Assembly: GCA_000826855.1 (NCBI GenBank)
Contig: JTLS01000036.1
Span: 1-39,381 of the forward strand
Direction: 5' to 3'
From: Basidioascus undulatus
Taxonomy: Eukaryota
Length of the DNA: 39,381 bases
Shown: positions 12,121-21,394 of the stretch, in pieces
How positions within the stretch are numbered: the first letter of the stretch is position 1
Layout: the number at the start of each line of letters is the position of its first letter
Made by a program: the position numbers and the translations under genes
The notes under the pieces: model-generated
The model's input: the letters and a program-made list of their open reading frames with translations, nothing else
Told to the model about the DNA's origin: nothing
Databases searched by the model: none

Positions 12121-12452
12121 TCGTTTAGAAAATAGCGGGAAATTTGAGTGATGAGTGTTTGTGATAGAAGTTACTGCGAAGGAGAGTGTACAAGCGAGTG
12201 AAGGACGAGTCCGGCGAGTCAAGCAACGTCAGGCGTCTGTGTAGCCTGGGGACGTTCGTGTGGCTTGGCTTTGCCAAAATTCCGCCTTGTTTGTCCAGCC
12301 AATAAATGTTCTGAGACGCTCTTAATTGAACCCGTAGAAAAGCACATTACAGAATAGGTACGCTTGTCTCCTAGATATCAACTAGTTCGGCCAGGTGGCG
12401 GTGGTCACATGAATAGACGTTCCAATATTAAACGTTCCAATACAGCTATTAA

Positions 12453-12534
12453 TCTTTGGTAGTATAGTGGCTAGTATATCCGCTTGTCATTCAGATGACC
12501 GCGGGCGACCCGGGTTCAATTCCCGGCCAGAGAG
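12453..12534 (+). tRNA. tRNA-Asp (GTC) with a 10-nt intron (12490-12499)
   Basis: Acceptor stem TCTTTGG/CCAGAGA with G discriminator; D arm TAGTATAGTGG; anticodon loop TT-GTC-A; intron TTCAGATGAC at the canonical 37/38 position; T arm CCGGG-TTCAATT-CCCGG. Confidence 0.95.
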
Positions 12535-12535
12535 A

Positions 12536-12541
12536 TTTTTT
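12536..12541 (+). terminator. RNA polymerase III oligo-dT terminator of tRNA-Asp
   Basis: T6 run immediately downstream of the tRNA 3' end. Confidence 0.8.
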
Positions 12542-12980
12542 CTCCCTCTGACCGAGGGAGGGCCTGCAGGCGCCCTTTTCCTTCGCAAAGCGAAGGTGTC
12601 ATGGTGCATGCCAGTCCTTTTGACCTGATTTCATGCATTTATACTCTTTCGCGTGATGTTTATCGTCAACCTCGGACAGTCACCTTGGGCTGTTACTACC
12701 GCCAGAGCCAGACCGCTGTTCAGTGTGTCAGGGTGGGTTGAACGCCTGGGACCATTCAATCGGACTCCAGGAACATCGTGAGTGTATTCGTCAATAACAT
12801 TTGTCTTTTTGGTATACTCCATACACCATGCGTCCAGGGGGACAGGTTGCCTTCGACGGCAAGGCTTGCTCCGACAAGACTGCGACGTAAGATCCCATAG
12901 ATACGACGATTTCACACCCTGAAATACAGAAAATGCATCTTTCGGGAACCCGAAACTAAAAGGAAAGTTCAACGTGGCGT

Positions 12981-14570
12981 TCACGCCCGCTGCGCCGCCC
13001 GCCATTGGTCGTACTTGAGCACAGCGTGCAGCAGGACTTGCGCGCCGGTGGCACTGAAAGTCAAACGAGCACGGGATCAGCAACTTGCACAAGATAAAAA
13101 TAACTTAGATAACAAAGATGAACAGACTTACCACTCTTCAGGAGACGTGTACTCCCGTGGGTTGTGCGACAACCCATCCTTCGACGGTACGAAAATCATC
13201 GCAGTGGGGCAGCGCTTCGAAACGGCGCAGCTACCAATGAAGACGCGACGAGCGACATCTGCATGTGGCCCGGGCAGACGTTGGTGCTGCGGGGCGAGAG
13301 AGTGAGGATGCCCTGTGGGCGTTGGAAAGACATATGTGTCAGACAACCAGGGTAAACAACCTCTGCCGGGAGGAAGCGTAGGACCAACGGTCGAAGCGAG
13401 ACCCTTGTGCTTTTTGGCGATGGCGTTGCTGGCGGTGATGATCCGCGCTGCGCAGAGGAGGGAGTCGGCTCTGGCCGAGAACGGCGTGGAGCCAGTGTGG
13501 CAGTCGCGGCCGTGGATGTCGATCGTGAACCAGCGGTACGCCTGCCCGCCGCGGACGACACCGATCTTGGCGTTCTCCTCTCCCAGAATCGGTCCTTGCT
13601 CTGGCATGAGACGCGTTAGTCTCTTGCGTCTGGAATGTGACAGGACAGCCATGAAATACTTGCCGATATGCAGCTCGAAGTGCGCCCCGAGCGGGAACCC
13701 CTGGTGGCTGCACGCCGTCTCGCCGAGGAAGCCGATGCGCTCGAGCTCCGACTTCATCGTCGCCGTAGAGTCGGCCACGTCCTGCAAAGACCATGCCTTA
13801 TCGAGGGGGGTGTGGCCCGCCCAGACGGCGGAGGAAACGATGGATTTCGGGAAGCGAGCGCCTTCTTCGCTGCAAAAATACAAACTTGTAAATGAACTTG
13901 TTCAAGGGCCGGGTAACTGAATGTGGCCAAGGATCTGTACTTCGTCCAGTTTACGACAGCCACCGGGTACTCCGTCTCGACCTTGTTTTCATGCAAGCTG
14001 CGCATGACTTCCACCCCGGCGAGCACGCCGAGGATCCCGTCGTATCGCCCGCCTGAGGTAGAAGCGTGAGCCGGCGACCCATGTCTGAACATAACGATAA
14101 GTATTACTCACCGGTCGGCTGAGTGTCCAAGTGAGAGCCCATGGCCGTCGGCGGCCCCTCGCGCTTCCCCGGCCGGACAGCGAAGATGTTGCCCATCTTG
14201 TCGACGGTCACGGCGCAGCCGAGCGTCTCCATCTCCTTCACGAACCACCTCCGGAACTTCGCGTCATTATCGTCGAGTGAGAGGCGCGCCATGCCGGTTT
14301 CTGTCGGCCCGCTGTACGGGCATAACAGCAAGGCAAACGATGAGCATGCAAAGGTAAGCGGGCGGAGGGGACCACTTACGGGCCGTAACGAAGCGCCGCC
14401 CCAAATTCGCAAGTTTCGTGAAGAGTCTTGTTGAATCGGTCGGCATTGACTCGAAGCGCGGATGAGTACGCGCGACAAAGAAGTACGGGAGCAAAGCTTG
14501 AGGCTGAGCCGCGGACCGCCCGCAACGTGCGCGGGAGTAACGGCCGTACGCGAGGGTTAACAGTGAGCAT
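12981..14570 (-). pseudogene. M20-family N-carbamoyl-amino-acid hydrolase (beta-alanine synthase/PYD3-like) with an apparent internal deletion
   Basis: Mitochondrial-presequence-like N-terminus and motifs GSHLDTQPTGGRYDG, NWTNEEGARF, AHFELHIEQGP, HTGSTP, MIFVPSKDGLSHNPREY, GAQVLL..VLKYD. After TNVCPGHMQMSL (~13249) the sequence jumps to an intron 3' end (TAG 13233-13231), so the D-x-R and SGAGHD segment is absent. Confidence 0.82.
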
Positions 14571-15204
14571 TAGGAGATATCACAGAGGTCCAAGTGAGAA
14601 GGGAGTGAGGTGAAAAGGAGGGGTGAGGTGAAAACGGAGAAGACCTTGGTGGGAAGTCTTCTCCGTCGCAGTGCGGTACGCATATGATACCATCTCGATT
14701 TCCGCAGGTTATACAATCCTGCGCTTGTATCGGAGCGGAGTATCTCTAGTATCACGTTTAAATCAGGCCATCTTCATTTGCAGCGACATGCAAAGTGTAT
14801 CGATAGAGGTCGAAAAGTGGCTTTCAACCAAGGGGCAGTAGCCTTTGCCGCGACAGCCCGCGATAGCCATGCATGCCAGCCTGCATGTCATGAGTGACTC
14901 GACCCTACAAATTGGAGTATGACTACCAGTGGCCACACAGTTTTTTATAGTGTAGTTTGTGGGGATTGTGAACATGGCACGATCCCGTCCGATCCACTTC
15001 GCCTTGTCTTCGCTGGCAGGGTGTCTTCGCGACACGCGTGCTGTCGTTTTTCTTGCCTTCCTCTCTTCGCGACTGACTCACGCAGTGCCCGTCTTCCTAC
15101 CGACTCTTTAGCTTCAGCAGCTTAATACCGTAGATCTACACCTTTTCATGCCTCTTCATATCTAAAGAACACATGCTGAATACGTGTTAGCATCTTCACA
15201 GACG

Positions 15205-16377
15205 ATGACCCTTCCCGACTGGTATTCAAACCCGGCCGCTCGCAGCTGGGCCAGCCTCCGGGCGTCTTCTGACCATCCCTCGGTCTTCCACCGCGGTGTA
15301 CTTCCAAACTACTCCCAAACCCCCCTCATCGATCTCCCCTCCGTCGCCGCTGAGCTCGGCGTCGCGCGCGTGCTGCTCAAGGACGAGTCCTCCCGCCTCG
15401 GCCTTCCGGCGTTCAAGATCCTCGGCGCGTCGTAGGCGACTTTCCTCGCTCTCTGCTCGCGGTTCTCGCTCGATCCAGATTCGGCGACTCTCGACGAACT
15501 CCGGGCGCGCTGCGCGCAGGCCAGTCCGCCTCTGACGCTTCACGCTGCGACGGACGGCAACCATGGCCGAGCAGTAGCCAGGATGGCACACCTTCTGGGT
15601 CTCCGGGCCCGGATCGTCGTTCCCGCTGCCGTCACAGCTCGGTCTAGGGCTTTCATCAGTCCGAGTGCGCGGACGTCGTCATCGTCAACGACGACTACGA
15701 CGCTGCCGTCCGCGCCGCCGCCCGCGCCGCCGCTCGCGCGCCGAGGAAGCCGGCCCGGACACTGCGCTCCTCATCCAGGACACGGCGTGGGACGGCTATG
15801 AGGACGTCCCGATGCAGATTGTGTCCGGGTACACGACGCTCTTCACCGAGATCGACGAGCAGCTCGCTGCGCTTTCCAGTTCTTCGCCCTCGCTCGTCGT
15901 CGTCCCTGTCAGCGTCGGCTCCCTCGCGCACGCTGCAGTCCTCCACTACCGCTCCTCCTCTCGCTCCTCCGACCCGCCTTCGATTCTGACAGTCGAGCCA
16001 GCCACCGCGGCATGTATTCTGCCAGCTTCTCGGCCGTCAAGGCCACGTCCATCGCCACGGGTGAGACGATCATGCTCGGCCTTAACTGCGGCACCGTGTC
16101 GTCCCTTGCCTGGCCCGACCTCCTCGCCGGCATCGACGCTGCCATCGCCATCCAGGATCGCGAGGCGGACAAGGCCGTGCACGACCTCGCCCAGCTGGGC
16201 GTCTCTTCGGGACCGTGCGGCGCGGCCACGCTCGCTGCACTGCGAGGCGTCCTTGGCGGTCCGCATGCTGCCAAACGCCGCGCGACCCTCCAACTTGGGT
16301 CCGACGCGGTGGTGGTCATCGTCAGCACTGAAGGGAGCCATGTGTATTTGGATACGGCGGTGGAGGAGGCGTCTTGA
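15205..16377 (+). pseudogene. Diaminopropionate ammonia-lyase-like PLP enzyme (fold type II), intronless, disrupted
   Basis: Motifs TPLIDLPSVAAELGV..VLLKDESSRLGLPAFKILGAS, ATDGNHGRAVARMA, LIQDTAWDGYEDVP, VGSLA, ETIMLGLNCG, GPCGAA, VSTEG. In-frame TAG at 15433-15435 (expected Trp) and frameshifts near 15657, 15740 and 16020. Confidence 0.85.
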
Positions 16378-17280
16378 AGCTTAACGGAGCAATGTGATAT
16401 TTGGCTCGCTGAAAGCTGTGCGCACTGCGTGACAAATTCATGCGATTGCGCGCTGCGATGACCTGCTGTAGCTCTTAACAGCATTTATCTTGGCCTGAGG
16501 GTTTCAGAGAAAGTCAGTACAATAATTCAGACGGCAATCCCCCCCCCCCTTCCACGTCCACGCAATGCGCAGAGCGAGTCAATGCTGCGATGGCGCCCGA
16601 GATGCCCTCTTTCATGCCAGTCTGTTCCACAGTTTGCTATCCGACTGTCATAAATGTCCGTCTTCGTACGCATCCACTCCACTCCTACGTAGGCCTCCCA
16701 TCCAGTCTCAAGGCAAGTCTGAACGAAAGACAATCACGCTCAACCCGGTACAGCACACCTCGACCTTTGCATGGTGCAGTAGGAACAGACAGAAAAGAAG
16801 CGAAGCGGCGGCAGCAGCAGATGAGCACAAAGGAAAATTCAAGAAAGGTGACAGCAGGTAGACCACCGAGCAGTTGAAAGAGACGAGAGAAACGAAGCAT
16901 GAAGACGATACGGTTGTTGTGTAGTGAAAGAGATGATTCAACGCCAACGTGAGTTGTTTGTTGTGTGTGCGGTGTGGTGAATAAAAGCGGTAATAGAAAG
17001 CGACGAAGCAAGGAAATTGAGCGGAAAAGAAAAAGAAGAGCAGTAAGCGGCAGCAGCGTTGCAATAGTTTCCCCCCCTCCGGTACCCCAGTCACTCTCCC
17101 CCCCGAACCCCTCCGGTTGACCTCCCTCCCCGAAGCCCTTCCCCCACCCGTCTTCAAATCCGTTTGACCCAAATGCGAATGAGTCCCCGTTCGACCCTAT
17201 CCCGACTTCTACCCAGCCTAATTACGCCTCGTCCTCCCTTTGTTCCTCACCTCAACCCGCCGCCGATGCCCGGTTCCGCC

Positions 17281-19384
17281 TCAAGCAGCCTCCGCGGGCT
17301 TCTCCGCCGTCTCCTCCTTCTCATCCTCGACCTCATGGGCCTTCTCTGCCACGGCCTGCTTCACGCCCTCCACGATCTTCTGCTTCCCCTCGTCGCCCTG
17401 CCCCTCGAACTCGACCTTCGGCGCGGGCGGCGGCACCGCAGCGGCGACGGCGGGGGCCGCTTCGGCGGCGTCGCTGGGGCTCGTCCGGCCCGTGGTGACG
17501 CTCCCCTCGGTCGCGGACGTGGCCGCCGTCGTGGCTGTCGCGGAGCTGCTGTCGATCGTGCTCGCGGGCGCGTCGGGCAGGACCCACTTCTTCCACACGC
17601 CGTGCCGCAGGCGGACCTTGAGCTCGTACACCTCGACAAGGTCCGAGAGCGCGAGCGTGTCGCGCAGGGTCGGGATGTCGGTCGAGAGCGCCTTAATGCG
17701 GTTGAAGGTCGTGAAGACGGGGATGTCGACCCAGCCCTCAGAGTCCATCTGCACGCGCCCCGTTAATACAATGTCAGTTACAGTGCGTACAATCGAGACC
17801 TGGCACGAATGCAGACGCACCTGCTGCCGCAAGAAGAAGTCCCGGACGAGGTTTTGAGTGGTGAAGTAGTACTCAAGCTGAGCGTCGCAACAGACGATCA
17901 GCAGTCCCGCCTCTACCGCAGCGTGTCAACGGCCCGTACCTGACCAAGGAGGTAGAACCGCAACGGGTCGAGCGCGACGGGCGAGTTGGTTATCGGCGTG
18001 GGCATGGGCATCGGCGCGGGCTTGATGTGGCCGCCGGCCGCGGGCGGGGCGCCGAACATCTGGAAGCTCGGCTGCTGGCTCGCCTGAGGGACAAAGTACA
18101 TGGGGGGCGCCATGGCGCCCGGCGGCGGGCCGTGGAAGTGGTGTCCTCTCGGCGCACGGGGGCCGCCGCGCGGACCGCGACCACCTGGCGCACGCGGAGG
18201 GAACGTCGCGCCAGGCGCGGGGTGCGCGAGACCGGTGCCGTTCGCCTGCTGAGAAGGCTGCCGGGGTTGCGACTGCTGCTGGGGCTGCTTCTTCGGCGGC
18301 GCGGAAGGTTGGGCGGGTGCGCCGTTCGTTTGGGGTGCGCTGGCGCCGACAGGTGCGGCCGGGGCGGCGGGAGCGATGAGGGAAGCGGAGGAAGGAGTAG
18401 GAGCAGACCCAGCGGGGGCCTTCGCCTTCGCCTTGGACTTCTTGCCCTGGCCAGCGGGCGCGGTCGGCGCCGCGCCCGACTCGTCGCCGGCGGGAGCGGT
18501 GGGCGTCCGAGGACCGGACGACTTCGGTTGCCGAGAGGACGCGGAGCCGGCCGCACCGCCCTGCTGCCCCTGGCGCCCGCGCGCAGAGTCGGCCTTGCGG
18601 CGCTGCTCGCGGTCGTTCATGGACGGGGGGAGGATCATCTCCGAAGCGGGGATCGAGACCCAGTTGCCCTTCTTGCCTGCTCATCCAATCACGCACCAAG
18701 CTCATCACCATCAGCACCTGCATCATTAAGCCAGAGGGGAAGGGAAAGTGATTTAGACGCACCCTTCTTCCCGCGCCCCTTGCCCCCTGACGGCGCTGGC
18801 GCCGGCTGCCCCTCGCCCTCAACACGCGGTTTCCGCTCCTTGCGCTTCTCCTTCTTAGCCACCGCGTCGCTCGCGCTCGGCCACGCCGACTCGTCCGTCA
18901 CGGGAGGCGGCAGAGCCACCGCGGGGGTGGGCGCCGACTCCTTCTTGCCCGCCTCGTCGTCTTTCTTGTCCTCGGGCGCAGCCACAGCCGCGTCCTTCTC
19001 CTCGCCTGGCGACAACGGCGCTGAGCCCGGCGCGGGCGGGGATGACGGCGCAGAGCGTGTCGCGGCCGCAGCGGCCATCTGCTCGCGGCGCACAGCCCAG
19101 ATGTTCACCTTCGGCGGAGAAGGCGGCGGCACGGGCTTCTTCTCGGCGGGCGCGGACTCGGACTCGCCCTCCTCCTTCTCCTTCTTATCCTCGGTAGCGA
19201 CCTCAGCAGGCGCGGGTGTTTCGGACGACTTGTCCATGGAGACCTCGTGCTCGATGGCCGTCTCGGGCGCGGTGGTGCTGGATGCGGGGGAGTCGGAAGA
19301 CGGCGTCGCTGCTGCGTCTGAAGACGTGGCGGAGGCCGAGGGACCGCGGCGGGCGCGCTCGGCCCACGAAAGAGACGTGGCCAT
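17281..19384 (-). CDS. La-motif RNA-binding protein (LARP1 / Sro9-Slf1-like), 4 coding exons
   Basis: La motif LRFYLLGQ|LEYYFTTQNLVRDFFLRQQ|MDSEGWVDIPVFTTFNRIKALS...VEVYELKVRL; N-terminal low-complexity region with PPKVNIW, ESAWP and KKGNWVSI motifs. Splice phases are consistent. Confidence 0.9.
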
Positions 19385-21394
19385 TTTGTTCGGAAGGGTT
19401 GGGCAGGAGACGAGGTGGAGATGCGAAGGTCTGCGCCCGGTCGAAGGGAAGGGGGCCAAGTTGAGATGGATGTCAGTCGATTGAAATCAGATGAGCGGGT
19501 AAGGTGCGATGTAGATCGAATCCCAGGTCTGAGATCCGCGGCGCCAAATTGAAAGGCATCGGTGCGGACCGAGCCTAATAAGACGGACATGGGCCAGGGA
19601 ACGAAGCGAGAAGACGTCCGCGCCGCTCGCCCGCGCCCTGCCCGGTAAATCCCAGACAAGTTCACCGCGCAACGCCAGCACTCCCGCCCATCTCACCCCG
19701 TTAGACACGCCTACACCATTCTGACTGCCCCAGCGCACCGAGGGCGTTCTGCCCGGTCTGTCCCCGCCTGTCGCTTGGACAGACATAAAAATTGTGTTCC
19801 GCACCGGCGGGTGGGCGTGCGAATGGCCGGGAAGCGTGCAGCCGATTTGGTGAATATGTGGGACTGAATCTGCAGCTCACCTCGGACGAAAGTACGAGAC
19901 GATCTGTGGCTCGAGCGCAGACACACGGCGCTCGGGCGGAGAGATGCGAGGCGGGTTCGGACGAGCGCGACGGAGGGGGGGCAAGGGCGTAGGTTCGAGC
20001 GGTCTTCACGACAGTCGCTTCGAATTCGGCGGGGGCGGGTAGAGTCGCAAGCGCGGGGGGGAACGGGGGGATCCGGGTGCGTAAAAGCGGGCGGAGAGGG
20101 TAAAGCGCAAAAGGGTGAGACTGGCTCGAAGAGGAGGTCGTGCGTGGCCAAGCGCTCAGGCAAAGAAGTTGGACGGCGAAGGCGTGTCGGCGTTTACCCG
20201 CCGGTTTCTAAGGAAATGACGGCCCAATTCTCATTGTATTTCCTAGAAAGGCATAGAACGCAGCTGCCGTGCGTCTTCCTTTCTGCTTTTCAGAAGGCAA
20301 TGTGCCCCATGTAGAATTATTTTTATTGGTCTTTTGAGCAACTGAAGCATCATTATTACCTGTTCTCTGGGGTACCATTCAGCGAAGTACCGGTAATGCC
20401 CGAGGGACCGAAGCTCAATGCTCGCAGGCCAACAACATTTTACAGCCCTCCCACTTGGAGATGTTGAAAGGAGCGACAATAGAGCTTTTGATGGTTCTTG
20501 GACACCACTGTCTCGGACAAGACGTCCGTATGCGGCCTCACAATCGACAGTTAGACTGCCGAACTTCCCTCTGTCCCGCAATGCCGTGTGTCGTTCCGAA
20601 GTCCGTGTCTGCCTTGTCCTGTCAGAGTGCAGCTTATAACAGTACTATAGTTCTTGACGGTATTCGATTTCCCTTCCCCATATCTTCTATCTGGCAGGTT
20701 CGGATGATGTCGACGCTTGCAGTTGCTGGACTGTGACGTCCATAATGTTGCTCACGCTCTTTGTTTAACCGCATTAGGCTTCAATAGACTGTGCTATTCC
20801 TCTGAGGCTTATTGATCGCTGGACCGAGTCAACCACCAAGACGCAGCAGAGAAGACGGAGGCAATACCGGAGTCAAAATGCCACACCAAGAAGAAGCGTC
20901 GCGCAGTCAACCCGGTCGAGCCTGTCAAACATGGTACTCAAGGCGTCGAGGTGACCCCTTTCGATAACGCTCCAGGTTGCCTGAGGGCTATGCGCTTCTG
21001 CGCTAACCTGGCTTGGAGCTCAGCATGGAGTCGGAGGAGCTCCTCCTGGCGAGCAAAATACCTCTTGAGGCTCGTGAAAATGTTCTCAATCTGAGCAACG
21101 AGGTGTTGTGTCTCCGCGGCACTGAATTCCGGGGTTATAAAGATTGAATTTACCCTCCTTCTATTAGGCACATGAAAGGTCCAACCGACCACCCCATAGC
21201 CTGCTCGCAGTCTCCATCATAACTCCAAGCATCAGAAGCGCTGTGGATCTTTTTCGGTGCTTCACGCCAAACAGGGTCATCGTTATGCACCAGCTCCCGT
21301 GGCTCCGCACACGTCTTCTGACTTGTTCCATCTTCCCTCTTCAGCCGCAGATCACCATCGCTCCCTTCTCGTACATTTCTCTGCCGCTTGATTG

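Noticed and set aside
13231..13249. 19-nt GT...AG segment in the hydrolase considered as a tiny intron
   Set aside because: Far shorter than other introns here, has no branch point, and splicing it would not restore the missing conserved segment.
14571..15204. GATA-like (CGATAG) sites in the bidirectional promoter as nitrogen-regulation signals
   Set aside because: Only a couple of weak matches, no more than expected by chance.
18027..19484. 485-aa plus-strand ORF and other long overlapping ORFs opposite the La gene
   Set aside because: Antisense shadow ORFs caused by high GC and codon bias of the real minus-strand gene; no motifs.
20700..21330. Possible gene or transposon remnant between the La gene and IKS1 (84-aa minus-strand ORF)
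   Set aside because: No recognisable motif, ATG start, splice structure or terminal repeats; cannot be supported by eye.
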